Source: Mobula hypostoma
Lineage: Eukaryota
Direction of reading: 5' to 3'
Assembly (NCBI RefSeq): GCF_963921235.1
Contig: NC_086108.1
Span: 52,702,001 to 52,766,000 of the forward strand
Length of the DNA: 64,000 bases
Both the position numbers and the translations under genes were made by a program. Positions 51,211-62,884 of the stretch are shown here, piece by piece. The notes below the pieces were generated by a model that saw only the letters and a program-made list of their open reading frames with translations, was not told the origin of the DNA and ran no database searches. Position 1 is the stretch's first letter; the number at the start of each line of letters is the position of its first letter.

Positions 51211-52227
51211 CCCCACCAGGAATAGGGTTCCCCTGGTCCTCACCTACCACCCCACCAGCCTCCGGGTCCAACATATTATTCTCCGTAACTTCCGCCACCT
51301 CCAACGGGATCCCACCACTAAGCACATCTTTCCCTCCCCGCCTCTCTCTGCATTCCACAGGGATCGCTCCCTACACAACTCCCTTGTCCATTCGTCCCCC
51401 CCATCCCTCCCCACTGATCTCCCTCCTGGCACTTATCCGTGTAAGCGGAACAAGTGCTACACATGCCCTTACACTTCCTCCCTTACCACCATTCAGGGCC
51501 CCAAACAGTCCTTCCAGGTGAGGCAACACTTCATCTGTGAGTCGACTGGGGTGATATACTGCGTCCGGTGCTCCCGATGTGGCCTTTTATATATTGACGA
51601 GACCTGATGCAGACTGGGAGACTGCTTTGCTGAACATCTACGCTCTGTCCGCCAGAGAAAGCAGGATCTCCCAGTGGCCACACATTTTAATTCCACATCC
51701 CATTCCCATTCTGACATGTCTATCCACGGCCTCCTCTACTGTAAAGATGAAGCCACACTCAGGTTGGAGGAACAACACCTTATATTCCGTCTGGGTAGTC
51801 TCCAACCTGATGGCATGAACATCGACTTCTCTAACTTCCGCTAAGGCTCCACCTCCCCCTCGTACCCCATCTGTTACTCATTTTTATGCACACATTCTTT
51901 CTCTCACTCTCTTTTTTCTCCCTCTGTCCCTCTGAATATACCTCTTGCTCATCCTCTGGGTCCCCCCCCTTGTCTTTCTTCCCGGACCTCCTGTCCCATG
52001 ATCCTCTCGTATCCCCTTTTGCCTATCACCTGTCCAGCTCTTGGCTCCATCCCTCCCCCTCCTGTCTTCTCCTATCATTTTGGATCTCCCCCTCCCCCTC
52101 GCCCTCTCAAATCCCTTACTCACTCTTCCTTCAGTTATCCCTGACGAAGGGTCTCGGCCTAAAACGTCGACTGCACCTCTTCCTACAGATGCTGCTTGGC
52201 CTGCTGCGTTCACCAGCAACTTTGATG
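51211..52227 (+). mobile_element. Penelope-like element (family A, Neptune-like), 5'-truncated, young
   Basis: Cys motif PCKRNKCYTC precedes the GIY-YIG domain (GVIYCVRCSRCGLLYIDET*...EEQHLIFRLGSLQPDGMN). A 14-bp TSD agtgttcaatattt lies at 51197-51210 and 52228-52241. The hammerhead has GAAA>AAAA at 52161. Confidence 0.92.
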
Positions 52228-55200
52228 AGTGTTCAATATTTTCTTGGTTCTAGCTGTGAATCTTAATTTTGGGGGCAGTATATTATATAAGGGACAGGTT
52301 GATTAGGAGCCTTTCCTTATGGGTGTTGAGTGTAAGATTCATACTCACTTATTTTCAGAGAAAGTATTGATAATTTCCTTGATCTTGGACTTTGAGCATG
52401 CACAAATACAATCATTGTCTACCTATTACAATTTGGATGATCTTGGTTCAGCAGTGCAATGTGCAGATAATACTTAAAGTGGCAGTTGAAGATCTCTTGT
52501 TATTTTAATGCAAGCTTGTGAAATGAAACAAAACTCTTTTTAAAAGATTTATTATCACATTTTGCTGGAAGATTCTAAAGTAAGAGATGCTTCTGTTAAC
52601 TGTAACCATTAAAAACAAAGTACTGTATTTATTATCGAAGTATGTATACAATGTACAATCTTGAGATTTGTCTTGTTGCAGGCAGATGCAAAGCCGAGAA
52701 TCACAATATAACCTGTGTAAATAAAAACCACACACAGGACCATCCAACCTCCAATGCGTGAAAAAGAAAGAAATCGTGCAAACAAATAGCATTAAACCAC
52801 AGAGTCCCCTAAAGTGAGTCCACAGCCATGGAATCAGTTCAGTGCTTTGCCAAGGGTTGCAGGTTGCAACTGCAGAGTCAGTCAGCGCTGAAGCTCCTCA
52901 ATCAAATTGCCCAAATAGCAAAAAAATGAGAAGTAAAACAGAAACACAAGGAATGTGAACTGCAGTGTTGTCAAGTGAATCCATAGAGTGTGTTCAGTAC
53001 TGAGGTGAGTGAAGCCCGCCCAGTAGCACGATGGTTGCAGGGCAACAGCTGCACCCAGACCCGGCAGCTCGGGACACAAGTCTCCTACACGTTCCACCTG
53101 CTAACAGCAGCAAGAGGAGACTGGTCAAATGCAGGCAGGCAATGCTGAGCATCTGTCCATCTTCTGCTCTAGTCCTCGATAGTTTTAATCTTGCCCAATG
53201 GAGTAATGGAGCCGACCATGGCTTGTGTTCTGCCTTTAGGAATTGATGCAGCATACACCCCCAGCAACGGTGTATTTGCAGTTTCCGCGGTCTTCCACTG
53301 CAAATCACCCAGGAGGTCACAGAAACAGCAGATTGTTTAGTCGGTTCAAAAATGCATTCTTACAGGCTGCAAATGATTGTAGTTCTGAAGAAGTATATTT
53401 ATAAGAAGAATAGTTGTTTTGTAAGCTGTCTACAAGATGTCGCAGTTGGTCACTGGCACCATCTTGCCAGAACAAATGATTTTGTTTTAAGAAATGATTG
53501 TTGGGAAAAGAAGTTCCAGAATACAGTAGTTAATTTGCCTACTTGGGACTAGTACATTTTAGCCCAATTACACAGCTGCACCAGTTAGCCAAAGCTTCAT
53601 GAAAATAGTTAAAAAGGTATTTTAAAAAAAGATAAACCACTATTTCAGTGAGTAATACATTCACCCATTTTACACTGCTATGTTCTTTTGATTGACTGTA
53701 AATGAATAAAATCAATGCAGATACCTAGTGCAGATAATAGACTGCTTTCATTGTCTTCCTGCATGAAGCAGTGTCTTAATCCAAGATGCAAGTTATTAAA
53801 AATCACTGCTTTTTGATTCAGTGTCTGTCAGCCCAAATAGATAACATAACACAAGCACACACAACTGATGCAATTTAAAAACTTTCCTCTAAGCCCGTCT
53901 TACATAAGTGTACATGACTAATGCTAGTTATAAACTGTTTGGCACCAGTCTCCTGCCCCATTTAAGCAGAATAGTGTCCCAAATAAAAGAATGGAATCCC
54001 AGCTATTTTCTCAATTAGTGTTTGTTCTTTAAGAGTTGTCCCAGATAACCAACTGCTTCGATTAGCCAATGGCCTACATAACCAATGGCCCAATTAACCA
54101 AATCCACGGTATTAAATTCATGTGCTGTTATCGCTTGTTTTTTCTCGAATACATATTTAATATGCCTTAGCTAGCAATATTTAAATTTTACTGTTGTCTA
54201 GGAATATTGTGGTTTTCTGTATAAATTTAACAGTTCAGCAAAAAAACTGTAGGGAATGTGATCAATATTTAAATTTATTTTATAATTTCTCCGAGTATTT
54301 ATAAATATCAGAGTTCTGTCAAAAGATCCTGATGTTTATAATATTCACTAATATTGGAATCCACAAAATCACAACCAGCTTTTTGTTTCAAAAAGTTAGT
54401 TTAAGTTAATGTTAGTTGATAGGTTGTCTTCTGTTATTAGATCCTAACAAAGTGTACAGAAATATTACCATGAGGACATTGGTACTAGAATTGTTCTCAA
54501 TTAGTTTAGTTATCGTGGGTTAATATATTAGGCCAGTACAGAAAGTAATTCAAATTGCCATGACCTCCATAAATGATATGTAAGCATAATGGCTAACAAA
54601 TTATATATAACAGTTTGTGATATAAATCATGGAAATAAGGATACAATATATAATAATCTTTATTGTTTTAAGCCACAATTCAATTGTTCAAAAGCGTTAC
54701 AAATGTTTTATCTGTTTATTATTCGCTGGAACTGAACAGGGGTCAGTAAATAAATTTCCAGTCAGTTCTCCTGTATGAGTTTATTAACTATTCTGCTATT
54801 TGCAATTCCTCTTGCTTCTATTTAGTTATTTTGTGGTATGTTTCATATTTAAAGCCAGGAGGAATTGTCTTGCTTTAGTAAAGTTGCTGAGTGACAAGGA
54901 ACAAAGACAATCTGTGGGATAATGCTCAGATTGAAACATATAAGACAGAATAAGTTATAAAGCATTTATCATTTGGGAAGGAAACAACAGTTCTTTGTTT
55001 TAGAGCTCCTGGAAGAATGAGTCAGAATAATTGCATTGACTTGGAACTTCAATGCGAATCTGTAAGTGTTGATAATTCAACAGTCAGTGCAACAATTTTT
55101 ACCTAGAAAGCTGGAGTTATAATGAGAGTAATACTTGCTCCATTTGGTTTCAGGTAATCCTGCATATTTACTGTCTTGTCCACTTGATGAAAACATGTAA

Positions 55201-57000
55201 ACTTACTCAGGTGATAAAATCTTTCTGGATCTTTTGGTAGGTTGGCTGGTGGTGCAATTGTTTTCAGAGTCACTGACCAATAAAAATATATTTTAAACCA
55301 TTAGAGAAACATTTGTTTATATGTGAGCTAATTTGTAAGGGGAATCATTCTTCCTCACTTTACTCAAAGTGACCATGGTTTTTCAAGTTCAAGTTTATTG
55401 TCGTTCATATGTACATGTATATACTGCCAAAGGAGACAACATTCTCAGGATCAAAGTGCACAACTCAGTATATATATCTCACAAGCATAGTACATAAAGT
55501 AATATTACCACAAATAATGAGGTGCTTATATAATCAAGTTTAAAAGTAAATGAGTAACTACTGTAAACTACTGAGTTTCATATGTGATGAGACTTGGATG
55601 GTGGCAGGGAGTTCAGTTGTCTTAACAGCCTAGGGTAAGAAACTGTTTCTTGTCCTAACTGTTCTTGTTCTAATGATATGGTACCTCATTTCACTGAATG
55701 TACAATAAGAAGGGCTCACTGTAGATGAGTTTACTCATGATCTTTTCTGACATCAAGTATAGATTTTGAACCAGCCTAGTTGATAAGATAAAATATCACT
55801 GCAGAACTTGACAAGAACCACACAACTTTTATTAATTTTGTTCAAAAACACTGCAGAATGAGTGATGTAGGAATTGGGAAATGAGCATTTGAGGATGTTA
55901 TATCATCGATACACAGCTCCCAAAGTCAAGAGAACTTTGGATGCCACTTAGCGTGCCTGGACTACTGGATGTTACTGTTCTAAATATGCAGAGATCAACA
56001 TTTACTTAAATTCTTGCTCCTCATTCCAAATTGAATGTGATATCATATTTTCAGTTTGACTAATGCTTCCGTTTTTCACTTCTTTAAAATATTTCAGCTT
56101 TGCCTGTGCTACAGCACATCTGTGAATGTCAGCATCCCTGGTCTACTAATCTGTTTTGATTATTCCAGTGCCTTCTTGGACTTTTCTCTTGTACTCTTCA
56201 TAAACATGAGGTTATCCAAGCTCTGTCATGTCCTACTTTGTACCAGATCCTGTATACCTATCATCCCAATGTTTGTTGATCTTGGTTTAATATATTTTGA
56301 TTACTAAATTAAACCAGAAGTTGAGCTTTGAATGAATTTTTTGATTTAACACCAATGCGGTTTTTGCTTCTGGAATTATTGTCAGGTTATACTTCATTTA
56401 TTAGTAAATACACAATTAAATAATTTGTACTTTGCCCTAAAATGATTCTTTTGTATTTGAAGCTCCGAAGAGGAAGTAAACTTCTGGCTGTAAGTGACAC
56501 ATTTTCTGAGAATGAGCAAATGATAAATATTTCTCAGAGAAATATTCTGATGGGTAATATGATTCTGACAGTAATAGAAAGTGATTAAATGTTAGAAAGA
56601 AAATAGATGTTTAAATGAAAATAGGAGCAAAAGAAAACTGAGCCAAGTTTATTGTTTTAAATAGTTTTCATTTTAAAATAGAACTTTTGAATTTTTCACT
56701 GCTGTTTAAGTTAGCATTACAATAATGGGCTGGATTGTAGAGTTGGATATCCATCTGCCATTTACCACTAAATTGTGGCCTCTATGTGCACTACTTGGCA
56801 TTAATTGAGGACTATAGAGCAGAGCTCCTAACTGAATTTTGGTGTGTAGTACTGGATTGTCAACATAATAACAGTGTAAATATCCCTCTGCAAAACCTGT
56901 TGCTCGGATGGAATGATCAGCTCATAATCCTTGATAGAAGATTTGGTGTTGCAAGGTTGATGCATAGACTTAAATTATGGGAAATATCAAGTTAAGTGGA

Positions 57001-58552
57001 AATCCAATCATAAGTAAGGGAAAATCTGCAAATGCTGAAATCTGAGCAACACACACTAAATGGTGTAGCCATGGGCACATGCATGAGTCCCAGCTATGCC
57101 TGCCTGTTGTTGGCTACATGGAACAGTCTATGATCCAAGCCTACACTGGTGACCATCCTGCGCTTATCCTACGCTACACCAACGACTGCATTGGTGCTGT
57201 TTCCTGCACTCGTACTGAATTCATCGACTTCATCCACTTTGCCTCCAACTTCCACCCTGCCCTCAAATTTACCTGGTCCATTTCCAACACCTCCCTCCCC
57301 TTTCTCAATCTCACTGTCTCTATTGCTGGAGACAGCTTAGCCACTAATGTCTATTATAAACCCACTGACTCCTACAGCTACCTGGTCTATACCTCTTCCC
57401 ACCTTGTTACTTGTAAAAACACCATCTCTTTCTCTCAGTTCCTCCGTCTCCACTGCATCTGCTCGCGGGATGAGGGTTTTTATTCTAGAATGAAGGAGAT
57501 GACTTTTTCAAAGAAAGGGGCTACCCTTCCTCCACCATCAATGCTGCCCTCAACCGCATCTCTTCCATTTCATACACATCTGCCCTTACCCCATCCTCCC
57601 ACCTCCCTACAAGGGACAGGGTTTCTCTTGTCCTCACCTACCATCCCACCAGCCTCTGCATCCAGCACATAATTCTCCGAAACTTCTGCCATCTCCCACC
57701 ACGAAGCACGTCTTTCCCTCTTCCTCCCTACCCCCCCCTCACATTCTGCTTTCCGCAGGGATCACTCTCTACGTGAGTCCCTTGTCATTTCATCCCTCCC
57801 CACTGATCTCCCTCCTGGCACTTATCCTTGCAAGTGGAACAAGTGCTACACCTGCCCCTACATCTCCTCCCTCACTACCATTCAGGGCCCCAAACAGTCC
57901 TTCCAGGTGAGGTGCCTCTTCACTTGTGTGTCTCTTGGGGCTACCTACAGTATCCGGTGCTCCCGGTGTGACCACCTGTATATTGGTGAGACCTGACATA
58001 GATTGGGTGACTGCTTTGCTGAACACCTATGCTCCGTCCACCAAAATAAGCGTTATCGCCCAGTGGCCACTTATTTTAATTCCACTTCTCATTCCTATTC
58101 CAAATGTCTATCCCTGGCCTCCTCCACTGTTGTGATGAGGCCATACTTAGGTTGGAGGAACAACACCTTATATTCCGTTTGGATAGCCTCCAGCCTGATG
58201 GCATGAATATTGATTTCTCAAACTTCCGGTAATGGCCCCCATCCTCCCACTCCTTCATCATTTCCATTCCCTTTTCCCCTCTCTCACCTTATCTCCTTGC
58301 CTACCCATCGCCTCCCTCCTGTGCTACTCCACCTATTTCTTTCTTCCATGGTCTTCTGTATTTTTCACCATCAACTTCCCAGCTCTTTACTTCATCCACC
58401 TTCTTCTGCTTTCAACTCCCCCCACCTTTTAAATCTACTCCTTAGCTTCTTTTCTCCAGTACTGCCGAAGGGTTTCAGCCTGAAATGTCAACTGTACTCT
58501 TCCATAGATGCTGCCCGGCCTGCTGAGTTGCTCCAGCATTTTGTGTGTGTTG
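57001..58552 (+). mobile_element. Penelope-like element (RT C-half and GIY-YIG) with a short inverted terminal piece (57001-57060)
   Basis: Reads GVAMG..., LRYTNDCIGA, FHPALKFTWSIS, VYYKPTDS. A 15-bp TSD atcaagttaagtgga lies at 56986-57000 and 58553-58567. Confidence 0.9.
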
Positions 58553-59199
58553 ATCAAGTTAAGTGGATTGGTTTACTTATTTTGTTTGCAAAATGGGAAT
58601 AATTGTGATAATCACTGGATTTTCATGACAACTTAACTACTTTCAAAGTAGTTAGCTTTGTCTCCAGATTGGTTAGAAAATTCTTGCAGTTGGCATTTAA
58701 CCTTGCATTAAATTTGGGCTAAATGTATTATATTTTAATGTAAATTGTGTGAATGAGTAAATCTAAGGAACTACACTACAACTGGAAAAACAACACAATT
58801 TTGTAGTATCTGCATACAAGTTAATTTTCCCCAACTCTTTTGTAGTGATTTGAAAGCCACTTTAGCTAGAAACCACAAAGCAGCTATTTTGTATCACCAC
58901 ACAGGAAAAGGCAAATTGAAAGTAATTCTAATTGGTCTAGCTGACAGTCATGGATATTGACGATGTAGTACTAGCTGTGCTTAGATATATGATGGATACA
59001 GTTCAGGAGAAAATTCGTGGAAAAGAGGACAGGATGCATATATCCTTTTCAATAGGTTTCAAAACTTTATTTGAAAATATATTTTCAACAGTAATGTTTC
59101 TTTGTCTCTTTTCCAATTTAAGAAAATCACAAATGGTGGTGTTCATCAGTATTAGGTAAGACATTGTTTCAAGAAGAGCACTGTAGCTAAATGCTGTCA

Positions 59200-60540
59200 A
59201 ATCCCTATGGTCTGGTATTTGCATCCCAGAGTACAAAAAGTAGTGGGGTTGGAAGTGGAGGATGCATTGGTAGTCATCTTGCAAAATTCTTGAGACTCCA
59301 GGGTGGCTCCTGCAGATTACGGAGTGGCAAATATAACCCCTCTATTGAAAAATAAAGGAGGAGGGGAAAGCTGATCATTATGTTCAGCAGCAGTGGTGGG
59401 GAGATGCTAGAGTCCATGATAAAAGATTAATAACAGAACACATATCAAGCGTTGAAGGAATGGGCATATTCAGAATGTATTTATGAAAGGGAAAGAATAT
59501 GAAACAAATCTACTTGTGGACATAATTAGGAGAAAGATAGAGGAGAGTCAATGTTAAAGTACTAAATAAGAGCTTAATGTATTAAATGGGGTAGTAGATT
59601 GATAATTGGTTGACAAGCAGGAAGCAGATGAGGAATAAAAGTTTCTTTCTTCCAAGAAACAGACAGTGAGTAGTGGGATGCTCAAGGATGCTTTGATCTC
59701 CAACTAATCGTCATATGTATCACTTTTTTAAATGAAGGAACTGACATCTCCAAGTCTGCAAATTGCATAAAAGCTGGGGAGTGTGCAAAGTGAACTGTGA
59801 GGAAGGGGCAAGTTGGGTGAGGATCAAATAAAAGGCAGATGCGATTTAATGCAGGTAAAAGTGTGGTTAAACACTGAAATAGACCGATTATCATCTGAAT
59901 AATAGGTCAGAAAAAGTTAAGATTTGGATATCCAGACTGAGGATTAAGGTGGAGCATTTTGGAAGGTAGATGGTATGTTTTCCTCTTCTAAGGAGATTTG
60001 TGTAGAGGAGCAAGATATCTTTATGTGACTGCACTGGCCCTTTATTGAGACTGAGCTGCAGTTTTGATCTCCTTATATGAAAAAGGATGTTCTTTGCATG
60101 TGAGGAGTATGGCAAAGATTTAGTAGACTGACTTCTGGGATAGCAGGAGTATGAGCAGAGATTAAATCAGGTTGGCCTATATTCAATAAATAATGGAAGA
60201 AAGAAAGGGGATTTTATAGAAGCCTGAAAAATTCTGATAAGACTCAACAAACCAGGAACAAGAAAAATATTTCTGATGATTGGAAAGTCATCAACCATGG
60301 GTCAGAGATTCTGGACAAAAGGGTGTGCAAATGGAACAAAGATCAGAAGAAATTTCTTCATTCATAGACTGACGAGCCCGTGAGTTCTATGCCACAAAGA
60401 GTGGAGGTTATATCATTAAATATATTCAAGAATTAGGTAGATATATTTCTCAATGCACAAAGGGAGAAAGAGGGAACAGGAAACTGAAGTAAATGATCAA
60501 CCATTATAATGAATGGTGAAGCAGGCCAATCCCTGCTGCT
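59200..60540 (+). mobile_element. Very degraded CR1 LINE
   Basis: Scattered CR1 ORF2 remnants (gtggcaaatataacccctcta, atgctagagtccatgataaaaga, agaagaaatttcttca) and a 3' UTR. Confidence 0.6.
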
Positions 60541-61527
60541 TTCTAAATATACAGTTTTGTATATACTACTGTCTCAGTTGATTTGCTTGTTAATGAATAC
60601 CATCTGGGATGATCTTTTATCCACTGGTTCATCCACTGGAAATTCATGATATTGCGTTTTACCTTTAAGGATGTTTCTTGTTGATTAAAGGTAACATTTT
60701 CAAACACCATGACATTTTAGTGGGACATTGTCTCCATTTTGATCATAATTCGATTGAATTTGATGCACATATTAAATAGGAGCAGATTAAAATTATGATT
60801 TCACTTTGATGTGGGATTGTCCTGGACATCGATGATATGAAATTGATATCAGTACAGTTTTCAATGACTGCACTCTTCCTTACCCTACTCCTGCAGGCCT
60901 GAGTTCAAGATTAAACTTAAGATCCTTTTCCTTCCCAGTGTCTTATGAGGCCATCCAGGTGCACCAACAATTCTTGGTGGAGCCTGGATTTTTAAGAGAA
61001 AACTTCTGCCAGTGCAAAGGCTGGGAAATTCACTTTCTAATGGAATAGCAATGGAAAGTTGTTGATTTTGCATTTACTGAGGGATTCCAATCTGCCCAGC
61101 ATCTCTCTGGAATGATGGCAAGTACAGTAGCTGCTTGTGTGTGGGTTGGATAATTAGCATGGTATTGCTGCATTTTTTATTTGGGTAGGTTCATTGTTGT
61201 AACAGATTTCACTGCATTGGTACCGTGTTTATGTTAGGAAAAAAATAGGCAAAATAACTTACACTAGAGTTGTTCCAACTGGATGTTGGTGTGGATAGAT
61301 GAGCAGTCTTTCTGATCTTAGTGGCACGTTTTCACATACACTTGTTTTTTTACTCATACAGCTATTGAAGATGAGTATGAGCAAAGGATGTGCTTTAAAT
61401 TGAAGGAGATCCTATATCATTTTAAATATGAAATAGCTAATCATAATTTTTTCTTTTTTTCTGCTCTGTTTGAAATATGCTGCATCCCAGAATCAAGTTT
61501 TCATACATCAAAGTAAAGAAAGCTGAG

Positions 61528-61551
61528 ATGGCAATCTCTGTTGAAGGCTGA
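61528..61551 (+). promoter_or_regulatory. uORF (MAISVEG*) in the ATG4C 5' UTR
   Basis: gagATGG context. Its stop ends 2 nt before the main ATG. Confidence 0.7.
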
Positions 61552-61553
61552 AA

Positions 61554-61629
61554 ATGAAAGATAGTGAACCTGATGAAGTGGATAAACTGAAGACAAAATT
61601 TATGTCCGCATGGCACAATGTGAAGTATG
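61554..61629 (+). CDS. ATG4C: Cysteine protease ATG4C, first coding exon (exon 61491-61629; 76 nt coding)
   Basis: Encodes [25 protein letters not shown](G), matching ATG4[27 protein letters not shown]. Polypyrimidine tract plus cccag acceptor at 61490, G|gtaggt donor, and an in-frame upstream stop at 61524. DOCK7-ATG4C head-to-head synteny is known in vertebrates. Confidence 0.92.
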
Positions 61630-61704
61630 GTAGGTGATTCTTGCAAATAATTTAGTGTGGACAATAGGGGGATTTAAAGTAAAGTAAGATGGTTTAATTT
61701 CAAA

Positions 61705-62240
61705 ACGCCCATTTTAATTCCACATCCATTCCCATTCCAACATGTCAGTCCATGGCAACACCATGTATTCTGTCTGGGTAGCCTCCAACCTGATGGCATG
61801 AACATTGATTTCTCAAACTTCTGGTAATGCCCCCCCCTCACCATTTCCCATTCCCCTTTCCCCCTTTCACCTTGTCTTCTTACCTGCCATCACCCTTCTC
61901 TGGTGCTCCTCCCCTTCCCTTTCTTCGGTGGCCTTCGGTCCTCTCCTATCAGATTCCCCCTTCTCCAGCCCCTTTTTTTCCCCCACCAATCGTCTTCCCA
62001 GTTCTTTACTTCACCCCTCTCCTCTCCTGGTTTCACTTATCACCTTGTATTTCTTCCTCCCCTTCCCCCAACTTCTTACTCTTGACTCCTCATCTCTTTT
62101 TCTCCAGCCCTGCTGAAGGGGCTTGGCCGGAAATGTTGACTGTACTCTTTTCCAATTTTGCTGCCTGGCCTACTGAGTTTCTTCAGCATTTTGTGTGTGT
62201 TGCTTGGATTACCAGCATCTACAGATTTTCTCTTGTTTAT
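61705..62240 (+). mobile_element. Penelope-like 3' end/pLTR fragment
   Basis: LGSLQPDGMNIDFSNF remnant, a degenerate hammerhead at about 62105-62142, and the family tail. Confidence 0.8.
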
Positions 62241-62490
62241 CTTGAAGTCTGTAGGCCAGGTCCAATAAATACTTTTGATGCAGTGTCGGAGCAAAAAACT
62301 CCATGTGGCATTGAGTTTAAGCCCAGATCTGTGCCGTTTGATGTTCTAAACTGGGTAGTAGTCGATAGTACTGTTTGTCTCAATACCTCTTGGCTTTGAA
62401 AAGGAAACATTAGCTAGGGTTTCCCCTTCTGATCCTGGTCCAATGATGCCTTTGGGAAATCATCCAGTAAAAACAGATAGAGTTGGCTGT

Positions 62491-62747
62491 AGTGAATTTA
62501 AAAACGCAAACAACAGGAATTCTGCAGATGCTGGAAATTCAAGCAACACACATAAAAGTTGCTGGTGAACGCAGCAGGCCAGGCAGCATCTCTAGGAAAA
62601 GGTGCAGTTGATGTTTCAGGCCGAGACCCTTCCCTTACTCACTCTTCCTTCAGTTAGTCCTGATGAAGGGTCTCGGCCTGAAACGTCGACTGCACCTCTT
62701 CCTAGAGATGCTGCCTGGCCTGCTGCGTTCACCAGCAACTTTATAAA
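62491..62747. mobile_element. Fold-back mini Penelope insertion
   Basis: 78-bp inverted arms (62555-62632 and 62665-62742). A 10-bp TSD agttggctgt lies at 62481-62490 and 62748-62757. Confidence 0.85.
62655..62692 (+). ncRNA. Minimal type I hammerhead ribozyme motif (intact core), sense to ATG4C
   Basis: tagtc-ctgatga-agggtctcggcct-gaaa-cgtc-gactg. Confidence 0.8.
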
Positions 62748-62884
62748 AGTTGGCTGTGTTGTGTCTGGTGAATCAGCTAACCATGTATAGGCTGGTTTGC
62801 CTGGAAAAATCGAATTAAATCAAATTCCACCATAATCTTCATGAAATCAGCAATGACATGGGATATTATAAGAAACTACAGATT

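Noticed and set aside
52600..54110. Probable further repeats (Rex-tailed non-autonomous element; Tigger-like MITE)
   Set aside because: They look repetitive, but I could not establish termini, TSDs or coding motifs well enough to annotate them.
61415..61432. YHFKYE peptide identical to part of the next mammalian ATG4C coding exon
   Set aside because: It lies upstream of the first coding exon, has no flanking similarity and no donor site. An AT-rich coincidence.
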